A stretch of 64,000 nt of DNA from Chamaesiphon sp. (GTDB lineage Bacteria > Cyanobacteriota > Cyanobacteriia > Cyanobacteriales > Chamaesiphonaceae). The stretch lies in assembly GCA_965246715.1 (NCBI GenBank), contig CBDFFH010000052.1, positions 1 to 64,000 on the forward strand, in the 5' to 3' direction. Of the stretch, positions 31,533-42,623 are shown one piece after another (the first letter of the stretch is position 1; each line of letters opens with the position of its first letter). The notes beneath the pieces were generated by a model. That model was not told the DNA's origin and did no database searches. It worked only from the letters and a program-made list of their open reading frames with translations. Both the position numbers and the translations under genes were made by a program.

Positions 31533-33047
31533 TTAATACTTCAATCCACCATCCGGATCGGGTGGTGGCGGCGGGAGATCGGCTTCGGCAACTTTGAGCG
31601 GTCGATCGATCTCCCGATCGTACTTCAGCGGTAATTGAATGATTTTTGCTGATGCTGATGGCTGCTGGCGGTTATCTTCTGGCAGCTCGCCGCGTCGTCG
31701 CGCAGAAGTACGCTCTTCACTCGTACCCTCACTGATTACCTCATACAAGATTGCTTGTTTATCAGCTTTGCCTTTGCGTAAGATTCGTCCCAAGCGTTGG
31801 ATGTATTCCCGTGGCGAAGCCGTACCGGATAAAATCACGGCGATACTGGCTGCGGGTACATCGACACCTTCATTCAATACTTGCGATGCTACTAGCGTTT
31901 TATAGGTACCTTCGCGAAAATGTGTCAAAATCTCGTGCCGTTCTTTGACAGGAGTATGGTGAGTAATCGCCGGAATTAATAGGGTTTGAGCGATCCGATA
32001 AACAGTGGCATTATCGCTGGTAAAAATCAGCGTGGATTCGGGATAATGACGTTCCAGAATTTCGGCTAAAATTCGCAATTTACCGTTCGTCGAAAGTGTG
32101 ATTTCCTTAGCTTCGCGATGCGCTAACATCGCCCGTCTACCTTCGGTAGATCGACAACTCGCTCTAATGAATTTTTGCCACCCATCGATACTCCCAAACG
32201 AGATTTTTTGACTGCGTAAAAAGCGATCGCGTTCTTGAATTAATTCGTGGTAGCGGTTGAGTTCTTCGGGACTTAATTTAACTTTGATCTGTTCGACGCG
32301 ATAAGGCGCTAATGCCGAACCCGCTAAATCGGCTGCTGTTTGGCGATATACTTCCTTCCCGATTAATAATGTTAAATCCTCATGTTTGCCGTCACTCCGT
32401 TCGGGGGTAGCACTCAATCCCAACCGATATGGCGCGATCGAGTATTCGGCAACAACGCGATAAAAATCTGTCGGTAAATGATGGCATTCATCGCAAATCA
32501 ATAAACCATATAAATCGCCTAAAGATTCGATCTGAATCGCCGCACTATCATAAGTGGAAATTAAAATCGGCGTGCGATCGCGCGAACCGCCACCCAATAA
32601 GCCGATCTCCGTACCAGGAAAAGCTATCAATAACTGTGCGTACCACTGATGCATCAAGTCGATCGTCGGTACCAAAATTAACGTACTGCGGGGGGTAGCC
32701 GCGATTGCAAGCTGTGCTACTAGCGTTTTACCAGCTCCGGTAGGTAAGACGACCACACCCTGCCTCCCGGCCTGTTTCCAAGCCAATAGCGCCGCTGCTT
32801 GATGGGGATAGGGTTCGAGGTTGAGTTGGGAGTTTAGGTCGAGTACTACAAAGGCTTTGGCTTTATCGATGAAGTCAGTCTGCTCGTGTTGCAGCGATTC
32901 GACAACTTCGCGATAATTGATGCCCGGTATCCGAAATTTCTCTACGCGATCGTCCCATGTCGCATACTCCATCCAGCCTTTACTCCGAGCTGGTGGATGT
33001 AACAGCAATGTCCCGCGATCGTAAGTCAGAGTCGGCAATCGGGCCAT
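31533..33047 (-). CDS. SF2 helicase, XPB/Rad25-like
   Basis: LPTGAGKT, DECHH, GLSAT, LNEGVDVP, QRLGRILR. Confidence 0.92.
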   Translation of the reverse strand: MARLPTLTYDRGTLLLHPPARSKGWMEYATWDDRVEKFRIPGINYREVVESLQHEQTDFIDKAKAFVVLDLNSQLNLEPYPHQAAALLAWKQAGRQGVVVLPTGAGKTLVAQLAIAATPRSTLILVPTIDLMHQWYAQLLIAFPGTEIGLLGGGSRDRTPILISTYDSAAIQIESLGDLYGLLICDECHHLPTDFYRVVAEYSIAPYRLGLSATPERSDGKHEDLTLLIGKEVYRQTAADLAGSALAPYRVEQIKVKLSPEELNRYHELIQERDRFLRSQKISFGSIDGWQKFIRASCRSTEGRRAMLAHREAKEITLSTNGKLRILAEILERHYPESTLIFTSDNATVYRIAQTLLIPAITHHTPVKERHEILTHFREGTYKTLVASQVLNEGVDVPAASIAVILSGTASPREYIQRLGRILRKGKADKQAILYEVISEGTSEERTSARRRGELPEDNRQQPSASAKIIQLPLKYDREIDRPLKVAEADLPPPPPDPDGGLKY

Positions 33048-33155
33048 GAATGAGATTTAACTTGGTAACGCACACCTTATCGTAGCGCAACAGTGGCGGA
33101 AAGGGTAAAGGGGCGATCCCAATAAGTAATCATAAACAACTACAAATTTATTTCC

Positions 33156-33497
33156 CTAATCTGGATATGTTGTCAAATTAGTTGCAATTTGATTCAACCA
33201 TAAATCTTGGCCGAATGCGGTGGCGATGCCCAGGCCACCTGCCAGGTTAGCGATAAATCCTTTCTCAGTATTTTTGTAATTAATATGATTGGCAAGCGAC
33301 CACACAAATACACCAACGCCAATTAAAATCAATCCAGTAAGTACGAAGGTTAAAGACAAGACTTGACTATCAGCTTGGTTAGCATCAGCCACCCAAATTG
33401 TCGCCCAGTGATGGGCAATCTTCCAGATAAATGTCTTACTCGCCCAGATTAAAAATCCTCCAATAAAATAGGCAACTGCTCCTGGTATATATTCCAT
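33156..33497 (-). CDS. Hypothetical membrane protein
   Basis: 113-aa ORF with several hydrophobic segments. Confidence 0.6.
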   Translation of the reverse strand: MEYIPGAVAYFIGGFLIWASKTFIWKIAHHWATIWVADANQADSQVLSLTFVLTGLILIGVGVFVWSLANHINYKNTEKGFIANLAGGLGIATAFGQDLWLNQIATNLTTYPD

Positions 33498-33571
33498 CTC
33501 TTGTTATTGGTTGTTAGTTATTATTGGTTATTCGAGCCGATCGCTAATTCCTTTTGTCTTTCCCCTTTTAT

Positions 33572-33853
33572 CTATCTCCACCGATCGCGTTCTAGATCGT
33601 AGATTGCTTTCTCCCAGTGCCAATCTGCGGATTTATCGGGATGTTTGAGTTGAGATTGCTGGATCAGTCGATCGGCAGTATTCCGATTACCACCGAGTAA
33701 TTTTAATAATTTACGTTCGAGGTGGGAATGCTGCGGTCTAAGTACAGCTCGGCTGGAATTGTGCCGCCCACGACCGCGCAGTCGATGGCGTTGTTGCCAA
33801 GCTAAAAATAATAAACAGATTCCAGCAACGATCGCGATCTCAGCACCAGTCAT
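33572..33853 (-). CDS. Small membrane-anchored hypothetical protein
   Basis: N-terminal TM segment; common cyanobacterial C-terminus LL.LLGG..ADRL..WHWEKAIYDLERDR. Confidence 0.75.
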   Translation of the reverse strand: MTGAEIAIVAGICLLFLAWQQRHRLRGRGRHNSSRAVLRPQHSHLERKLLKLLGGNRNTADRLIQQSQLKHPDKSADWHWEKAIYDLERDRWR

Positions 33854-33997
33854 GAGTAATTTTAAATTTAAAGAGCGAGATTAAATACCAATGCCTTATC
33901 AAATATAGCTAAAACTAGTGGTAATCTAAATCCGTGAAACCACCGAGCTTGAGGAGTTGATTACCGTAATAGATCGCGATCGACTACCAATTACACT

Positions 33998-34609
33998 TCA
34001 CTCGATTGCCGCCAACCACTGCGGATATCCACCAGAAACCCGCGATTGATATGTAGACAGCGAACTTCCAGCACACAGCGTCCTAACTAGTGGTAAAAAC
34101 TGGCGATCGAGATCGAGATCCTTACCAAAATATTCACAGGCGACCGTCCACCAGGTTTGTGAGCGTACTTGCAATTGCGTGAGTTCGATCGAGGCGATAT
34201 TTGCTGCTGGTATTGCAATTTGGGTAAGTGAAATCGGCTCGCCAAATTCGACTCGATACAGCCGTCGATCGCGGATTTTATTGACTTTGAGCCAACCTGG
34301 TTTATCGGCTAGTTTAGTTGGCGACAATCCGCCGCCATCATCCAGGCAAATCCACTTCGACCATTGCTCGATGCGGCTGTCTACCATGCCATCGATGGCA
34401 AACTGGCCTAATTGCTGCCGATATTTGACTTCAAGATTGCCCTGACGTAACTTGACTCCGACATCTGGCGAACTAGATTGGAGATAAAAATCCGATCGAG
34501 TGTCGATATTTTCCAGCCGTGCTCCCGCTGTCTCGAACCAGTTGCTAACCGCTGCAGGTAATTCGCCAGGATAAAACCACCGCACTTCGATCGTCTGAAA
34601 ATTATCCAT
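33998..34609 (-). CDS. Hypothetical protein, CYTH-like
   Basis: EVRWF, RSDFYL, GVKLRQGNLEVK, IELTQL. Confidence 0.7.
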   Translation of the reverse strand: MDNFQTIEVRWFYPGELPAAVSNWFETAGARLENIDTRSDFYLQSSSPDVGVKLRQGNLEVKYRQQLGQFAIDGMVDSRIEQWSKWICLDDGGGLSPTKLADKPGWLKVNKIRDRRLYRVEFGEPISLTQIAIPAANIASIELTQLQVRSQTWWTVACEYFGKDLDLDRQFLPLVRTLCAGSSLSTYQSRVSGGYPQWLAAIE

Positions 34610-35902
34610 TAATTACCTCCTCTTCGGGCCGAATCGCGATCGTGATATCTGCCACATTAGTCCCCGTCGCGCCAATCCGCAGCAGATCTCCCAATTTCTC
34701 AAAAAATCGATAACTGTCGTGACGATCGAGTGCCAGTTTAGCATCTAACCCACATTCGAGCGCGCGAGATCGATCGTGCGTTCGGTTACTGTCGCACCAG
34801 CCGCATCGGTCGGGCCATCGGTACCGTCCGTTGCCAACGTTGCCACCCATGCTGGAGTCGCTTGAGTACTTAATTCGATCGCTGCTGCCAAGGCTAATTC
34901 CTGATTGCGTCCGCCTTTACCCTCACATTCAGACGATCGCGTGACTGTAGTTTCGCCACCATATATTAAGACAGTTTTGGGCGGTTGGGTCAGGATCTCG
35001 CGCGCGATTTCGCGACCGCGCACCTGTGCTTCGCCAGCTAATGTTGTCGTGACGATCTGCGGATGATAACCCAACTTGGTGGCGGTGTCAGCGACGGCGT
35101 TACAAGCTTGACGGTTGCTACCGATGATGATGTTTTCAGCCGCTGGATGGTTGGTTAGTCCTGACGCGATCGCCGCGATCGAGTCACCGATTACATCTGA
35201 TAAAATTAGCCCCACGACTTGCCCTGGCAACGCTCGCTCCACCAAACCCCCACCTTTGAGTCGATCGAGTTGCGCTCTGACGGCATTGATGCTTTCGATA
35301 TCTAACCCACAATTTAATAATGATGTATTAATCGCCTGCATTACCGTTAAGGGGATCGTCATCTGGGCATCGATGGTATCAATGTTAATATCCTGACGCT
35401 GGAGCGCAGCATGAATTAGTTGCCGCCTTTGGGGTGAAAGTACCGCTAACATTTGCCAGAGCGCACTCCACGATCTGGGTGCTGTGACTAGGGCAGAGGC
35501 ACCACCTGAGATACAGGCAATTATTAAAGTCCGATCGGTACAATTATCCAAAAAAATTTCCACCCGATCGCCAGCAGCTAAACTGCACTCGTCTGGGGTC
35601 GGATGTCCGGCTTCGATGACTTCCCAGCCTGCTGGAAATTTGACAGTTCCTACATGTGCGTGTTTAGTAACCACCAATCCACTGGCAAGATCGTTGCCGA
35701 GGATGTCCGCGATCGCTTGAGCCATGGGGACGGCAGCTTTGCCGAGCGCGATACACTGAATTTCCCAAGCGTCGAGATCGTAGCTCAGTCGATCGGCGAT
35801 CGTCAGTCGATCGCCACTGCGGTTGACCTCTCGCTCGATCGCGGCGATCGGATTTGCTGCTGCTAATGCTGCCGATCGAAAGGCGGCGATTGACTCATTC
35901 AT
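34602..35902 (-). pseudogene. Glycerate 2-kinase (MOFRL family), frameshifted near the 3' end (possibly an assembly error)
   Basis: GKAA, AGHPTPD, ISGGASAL, GGETTV, GGRNQE, TDGTDG; the C-terminal HDSY..TGTNVAD continues in another frame from about 34765. Confidence 0.85.
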
Positions 35903-36044
35903 GATGCAATTGGATAACGTTAATTTAGGGCGGATTAAGGTCGGCTAGAGGTCTCGATCGATCGAGTCAGCTGCCACCGATTACTTCTTAATTAGGGCAA
36001 TGACTCAGCCTCATGTAACGTACTTGCAACTTTATTTGGATTTC

Positions 36045-36072
36045 GTTACAATCATTAACAATAAGTAACAAA
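36045..36072. promoter_or_regulatory. HLR1-like triple direct repeat
   Basis: GTTACAAT-ca-TTAACAAT-aa-GTAACAAA with a 10-nt period, in a divergent promoter region. Confidence 0.4.
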
Positions 36073-36182
36073 CTCTGACAAGTTACGTAAATTCAGCCAA
36101 AATTCATCGGTACAGCCGCTCCACCCGCACATTGTCCCGATGAGCGATCGATTTCAAGATTGGGTAAATAAATTTTAAGGCA

Positions 36183-36770
36183 TTGACGATGAATACCGAT
36201 GAATTGCTCCGGCAATACGAAAATGGCAAGCGAGACTTTATGCTGGCGGATTTATCGGATGTCTGTCTGACGGAAAGATGTTTGGCGGCGATCGATCTGA
36301 GTCAATCCGATTTAGCGAATGCTAATCTGTCGGGATCGGATTTACAATGTGCTAATTTGTCCGCAGCAGTTTTAACTAGAGCAACATTATGGCGATCGAA
36401 TCTCACCAAAGCTAGCATCATGTCCGCGAACTTCGATAGTGCGAACTTGATTCGCGCTACCTTGGTGCTCCTCGATGGCGATCGGGCATCGTTACGCAAA
36501 GCAGATTTACGCTTGGCAGATTTGCAAGGAGCAAATTTGCGGCAAGTCAATCTCGTCGGTGCTGACTTGCGCTATGCCAATCTCACTGGTGTCGATTTGA
36601 CGGGTGCCGATCTTAGCCGCGCCAATCTGACTGGTGCAAATCTATCGCAAGCCGATCTCCGGGGCGCGGTTCTCGATCGGGCAATTCTCGAACATACCGA
36701 TTTTGGTGATGCCTCACTCATTGATGTCGATCTGAGTCGAGTCGATCTGCGTCACGCCTTGCTCGGCTGA
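36183..36770 (+). CDS. Pentapeptide repeat protein
   Basis: ELLRQYENGKRDF leader followed by A(D/N)Lxx repeats. Confidence 0.93.
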   Translation: MTMNTDELLRQYENGKRDFMLADLSDVCLTERCLAAIDLSQSDLANANLSGSDLQCANLSAAVLTRATLWRSNLTKASIMSANFDSANLIRATLVLLDGDRASLRKADLRLADLQGANLRQVNLVGADLRYANLTGVDLTGADLSRANLTGANLSQADLRGAVLDRAILEHTDFGDASLIDVDLSRVDLRHALLG

Positions 36771-37048
36771 TGCCACAACCGATCTAAACTCTCGCTCCGT
36801 TCTCAATTCAGCAACGCTCACTCAGTCGCGATCGAATCAAATCGGTAAAGTTGAGATTCCTCACTGCTAAATAATAGCGATCGGTCAGTTAATATGGGGA
36901 TATTAAGTAGAGTGGCACAAATAGTCGATCTGTAATTGTGTCTACCTACTCCTTAACATTGGCGCTCGATCGGTCGATAATATAATATATCGATGATTTA
37001 CCCGCGCTCGGCCGACGATTAGCAGAATACTTTATTAATGATTTATCA

Positions 37049-38725
37049 ATGATCGGTCAGTTACTAGCGGGACATTATCGCATCCTTCAGGTTTTGGGAG
37101 CGGGGGGATTTGGGCAAACCTATATTACCGAAGACTTACACCTCCCCGGTAATCCCAAATGCGTACTCAAGCATCTCAAACCTGCTAGTGCCGATCCTGG
37201 TGTGTTGGAGATCGCACGGAAGCTATTTGAAAAAGAAGCGATCGTCTTGCAACAATTGGGAAATCACGATCGCATCCCTCGGTTATTGGCTTATTTTGAA
37301 GAAGACCAGGAATTCTATTTAGTTCAAGAATACGTCCCCGGCCATCCCCTCTCGAAAGAGCTAACCAAGGGCACCAAATGGGGCGATCGACAGGTCATCG
37401 AGCTGCTTCAGGAAGTCTTAGAGATTTTAGTATTTATCCACGGCCAAGGCGTGATCCATCGGGATATCAAGCCGGACAATATCATGCGGCGCAGTAGCGA
37501 TCGCCGATTGGTACTGATCGACTTTGGGGCGATCAAACAAGTCCGCAATCAGCAGGTAGCGCACGGACAACATACGATGACAGTCGCGATCGGGACTCCA
37601 GGCTATATGCCGATCGAGCAAGCCTCCGGCAATCCTCGCGCCAGTAGCGATATTTATTCATTGGGCATGCTCGGCATCCAAGCATTAACCGGAACCAACC
37701 CCTACGAGCTGGCTGAAGACGATCGTACGGGCGAACTCAAATGGGAACACCTGACAGTTGCCAATCCCCAGTTAATTGCCATTCTCCAGCGGATGACCCG
37801 CTATCACTTCCGAGATCGCTACTTGACAGCAGCGGAGGCGCTCGCCGCCGTTAATGGGCTGATTAGTGGTGTGGTACCGCAAGCTGAAACTTACGTACAG
37901 ACAATTCCGCCGCGATCGCCTGGGAGCGAATCCCAAGCTACCGTCGTTGTTGGTCGATCGACCGCTCCATCCGCACCCACGGAATTACCCCAGCGTAGCG
38001 CCCCGAAGAAATCCCCATCGGGTAGTATGTTTCCCCTGGTGGCTGGTATTGGCGCGATCGCAGCAGCAGTAGCCAGTTTTATCTGGTTCAGCACTAACAT
38101 CTTAAATAAACGTAGTTTCGCTGATGCGGTCAAATCCGATCTCTGTCGGATCGCCACGCCGACAGATCTACCAACAACTAGAGTCCGATCGCAACCCCAG
38201 CGCGATGCCACAATTCAAGCGAATATTCCCCAGGGGACAAAGGTAGTCTTCCTTGCCGAAAAAGATGCTTTCGTGCAGATTCAGATGGCTGATAATTCGA
38301 CTGGATGGGTCTATAACAATCAGATTACTGCTTGTAATGCACCAGTAACGACCCCGAAACCGACTCCGAGCAAGTCGGTAAGTCCCCAGCCCATTTCTGT
38401 ACCGACACCAAAAGTCGAGCGTACGCCAGTAGTCATTCCCGCTACCCCAAAACCCAGTCCCGTCGCTAGTCCATCGCCAATTCCGATCGAGGTACCTTCA
38501 CCCTCAGCCACAATCACTCCTTCACCAACACCAACACCCAGCCCGTCAACACCTACTCCTGCGCCCACACTCACGCCTTACACCTCACCACGGGGCATCC
38601 AGCCGCCATCTACGCCAACACCCACGTCATCCCCTTCATCGAACAAGAGCGAACCAGCCAATAATGGCACTACACCATCACCTGGGAAATCTAGTACCGA
38701 CGACAGTAAAACACCGATCTGGTAA
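37049..38725 (+). CDS. Membrane-anchored Ser/Thr protein kinase with SH3b-like domain and Pro/Thr-rich tail
   Basis: GAGGFG, HRDIKPDN, DFG, GTPGY; TM helix; VRSQP..GWV; PT/PS repeats. Confidence 0.93.
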   Translation: MIGQLLAGHYRILQVLGAGGFGQTYITEDLHLPGNPKCVLKHLKPASADPGVLEIARKLFEKEAIVLQQLGNHDRIPRLLAYFEEDQEFYLVQEYVPGHPLSKELTKGTKWGDRQVIELLQEVLEILVFIHGQGVIHRDIKPDNIMRRSSDRRLVLIDFGAIKQVRNQQVAHGQHTMTVAIGTPGYMPIEQASGNPRASSDIYSLGMLGIQALTGTNPYELAEDDRTGELKWEHLTVANPQLIAILQRMTRYHFRDRYLTAAEALAAVNGLISGVVPQAETYVQTIPPRSPGSESQATVVVGRSTAPSAPTELPQRSAPKKSPSGSMFPLVAGIGAIAAAVASFIWFSTNILNKRSFADAVKSDLCRIATPTDLPTTRVRSQPQRDATIQANIPQGTKVVFLAEKDAFVQIQMADNSTGWVYNNQITACNAPVTTPKPTPSKSVSPQPISVPTPKVERTPVVIPATPKPSPVASPSPIPIEVPSPSATITPSPTPTPSPSTPTPAPTLTPYTSPRGIQPPSTPTPTSSPSSNKSEPANNGTTPSPGKSSTDDSKTPIW

Positions 38726-38736
38726 TAACTATGAAT

Positions 38737-38898
38737 AATTAACGCAAGTTGCTGATTAGGAACGCCTACGATTGAAATCGTGGCTAATAATGCAAAGTCC
38801 GCCTTCGCAGACTAGTAAACCAGTCCGCGAAGGCGGACTTTGCAACCTGAGGAGCGGTTTCTAACCGCTTTGGTTATAGGTAGCAACTTAGGTTAATT
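38737..38898. repeat. Palindromic REP/MITE-like element, copy 2
   Basis: Terminal IR AATTAACGCAAGTTGCT/AGCAACTTAGGTTAATT; core homologous to 26593-26765. Confidence 0.75.
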
Positions 38899-38913
38899 AA
38901 CAGGGAATTGCTA

Positions 38914-39600
38914 ATGAGAACATTCTTAAAATCGATCGGTTTAATTTTAGCTTTAGTCGCATTAATTTCATTGCTAATTTTGATTCCAGCCGTGCAGTTT
39001 GGAGTGGCAACCGATCGGCGACTACTGTTACTGGCGATCGGTTATTTTAGTTTTTTCTTGGGGACTGTCTGGCGCGTCGTCCGCTATGGAGATTTAGTGA
39101 GTAGAGATAAAGATCTCCAAGTCAAGCAGACTTCGGGACGGATTGCTTCTTTCCTAGCAATAGTTGGCTTAATCAGCGTGCATTGGGTAGCAATATTTAC
39201 GTTTGCGACTGTCGATCGAGTGCCAGATCTATTATTAGATCGAACTTCCGAGATCGTGGGTACGAGCTTAATCGGTTCGGCAATTATTATCAGTCAAGTT
39301 GCCATCAAAACTCTCGGTAAATTCTTCGATCGACTGGTAATTAAATCAGACCATCTTTTAGTGACAGTAGGAATCTACAGCTCGGTCAGACATCCGATTT
39401 ATACTAGCTACATTCTCTTGTTTCTAGGATTTTGTATTACCTTACAAAGCTTGTGGGGAATGTGCTTGCTACTCGCTGTCTGTATCATCTGGTTTGGCAA
39501 TCGGATTGGCATTGAGGAGCAAATGTTAATTGAGAAGTTTGGTGATGATTATCTAGCTTACTGTCAAACAACTAAACGATTATTTCCATATATTTATTAG
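38914..39600 (+). CDS. Isoprenylcysteine carboxylmethyltransferase-family membrane protein
   Basis: LVTVGIYSSVRHPIY; EEQMLIEKFGDDY. Confidence 0.85.
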   Translation: MRTFLKSIGLILALVALISLLILIPAVQFGVATDRRLLLLAIGYFSFFLGTVWRVVRYGDLVSRDKDLQVKQTSGRIASFLAIVGLISVHWVAIFTFATVDRVPDLLLDRTSEIVGTSLIGSAIIISQVAIKTLGKFFDRLVIKSDHLLVTVGIYSSVRHPIYTSYILLFLGFCITLQSLWGMCLLLAVCIIWFGNRIGIEEQMLIEKFGDDYLAYCQTTKRLFPYIY

Positions 39601-39661
39601 GCTAGTCAAAATCGATCGATACTTCGATCTAATGAGTATCGATCGCGATCTTGAGAGCATC

Positions 39662-39702
39662 AAAAAAAGCGGCCTAATTTCCCTAAGGAAATTAGGCCGC
39701 TT
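39662..39702 (-). terminator. Intrinsic terminator of eno
   Basis: GC-rich inverted repeat (AAGCGGCCTAATTTCC / GGAAATTAGGCCGCTT) with a T-tract on the minus strand. Confidence 0.85.
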
Positions 39703-39716
39703 AGCTACAATTTAAA

Positions 39717-41045
<1,329 letters not shown>

Positions 41046-41146
41046 CTAATTATTCGTCCCGTGGCAACACTAGGTGCCAACACGTTATCATACGACCTGA
41101 AGAGACCTTTATGAGCAAATTCGGCTACCAAATTTTTGAGAGGGCC

Positions 41147-41539
41147 ATGCGTTTACTACATACAATGCTGCGAGTCGGCGATTTAGAAGCCTCGATCCGC
41201 TTCTATTGCGACATTCTAGGAATGAAGTTACTCCGCAAACAAGATTATCCTGATGGTAAGTTTACACTTGCTTTTGTCGGTTACGGCGACGAGTCCGATA
41301 ATACAGTCATCGAATTAACTCACAATTGGGATACTTCAACATATACCATCGGCGATGCTTACGGTCATATCGCGCTCGGTGTGGATGACATTTATGCTAC
41401 CTGCGCCGCAATTTCTGATAAAGGCGGTAAAGTGGTGCGTCCGCCAGGAGCGATGAAGCATGGCACTACAGTCATCGCCTTTGTTGAAGATCCGAGTGGT
41501 TATAAGGTCGAGTTGATTCAACTTACCGATCGTCATTAA
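41147..41539 (+). CDS. gloA: Lactoylglutathione lyase (glyoxalase I)
   Basis: [37 protein letters not shown]. Confidence 0.95.
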   Translation: MRLLHTMLRVGDLEASIRFYCDILGMKLLRKQDYPDGKFTLAFVGYGDESDNTVIELTHNWDTSTYTIGDAYGHIALGVDDIYATCAAISDKGGKVVRPPGAMKHGTTVIAFVEDPSGYKVELIQLTDRH

Positions 41540-41806
41540 TTAGCATAGGCATTTACAATCTCCATCGAGCGGTTTAGGCTCTAGTAACAATCGATCGCGC
41601 CGTTGCCAAGTTACATCCGATGGCAAAATATTTCAGTTTTTATGCTATGATTGCGTCACACCAATCGTAGCTATTTTTTGGCGATTGTCAAGCGAAAAGA
41701 TTTAGCAGGCGAGCGAATTTGGTGATAAACCGATCGCCTTTTTAGCGTTATTAGCATCAGAGATTGTGATTCACCAATTAATATTCATAGTGAGGTAAGT
41801 AACAAC

Positions 41807-42190
41807 ATGAGTCTTCCAAGTAAAAATTGTAACTTAGCAATGTTCGCGACGATCGCTGTCTCCACCATGCTACTTTCAGCAGTAGTAAGAGCAGATGCCA
41901 ATCCTTATTTGCGAGGCGATCTAAGAATTGCTGAAGCAAATACCACCCCCAAGATGAAGAAAACTACTACAGTCAAACCTGCTGTTGACAGTAAAAAGAA
42001 AATTCAATCCGTTCCTGGTGGTGCAATGCAGCAAACTGGTAAAGAGCCATTTGTTAAAGAAGGGCCTATTTTTGTTAAATCTGGCAAACCTGCCGATATC
42101 AATCAAAAACTTCAAACCGCCCCTGGCGCAAAATCGATCCCTTCTGCGGTAGATGTCGAGAAAAAAGTTAAGTCTTCAACCGATAAGTAA
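41807..42190 (+). CDS. Small Lys/Thr-rich protein with signal peptide and repeated FVK motifs; putative radical SAM substrate
   Basis: RBS GAGG; hydrophobic N-terminus ending VRA/ADA; EPFVKEGPIFVKSG; lies upstream of the radical SAM gene. Confidence 0.7.
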   Translation: MSLPSKNCNLAMFATIAVSTMLLSAVVRADANPYLRGDLRIAEANTTPKMKKTTTVKPAVDSKKKIQSVPGGAMQQTGKEPFVKEGPIFVKSGKPADINQKLQTAPGAKSIPSAVDVEKKVKSSTDK

Positions 42191-42218
42191 TCTTGTCGAT
42201 CGGTTATTTTTTGAATAA

Positions 42219-42361
42219 CTCACATCTTGTCCCAATTCTTCTGTACTAAGCAAAAATCTAGAAGGGTACCCCTACCTCAAATCGCCTGTAGGGGTGCCCC
42301 TTGTGGGTACCCTGAAATCTGTGCTTGGTAAGAATATTTATATACTGGTGCAAGATGTGAG
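42219..42361. mobile_element. MITE
   Basis: Terminal IR CTCACATCTTG/CAAGATGTGAG with ATAA on both flanks; internal REP-like GTAGGGGTGCCCCTTGTGGGTACCC. Confidence 0.7.
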
Positions 42362-42447
42362 ATAAGTAATCTAGCTGGCGCTAAATCGATCGTCAGCTAG
42401 ATTTATATAGTAAATTTGAAATTTATCAGGACTCAGCGATTTGATAA

Positions 42448-42595
42448 ATGACTAGTTTTTTCTAGGAGTTATCCGTTTGTTAAAAGTTCTGGCGATCGCA
42501 AAATACAATCTTTACCTGGAGCAAAATCCACGCCTAAATTCACGACCTCTGCGGTAGAGAGCGAGCGAGAAAGCAGAGCGACAAACGATCGGTAA
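42448..42595 (+). other. Unannotated short paralog of the FVK protein (small ORF or pseudogene)
   Basis: Reads (V)FSRSYPFVKSSGDRKIQSLPGAKSTPKFTTSAVESERESRATNDR*; ATG 42448 is out of frame across a T6 run. Confidence 0.6.
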
Positions 42596-42623
42596 AGACT
42601 CGCAAATTTTACTTGAAGAGGTA

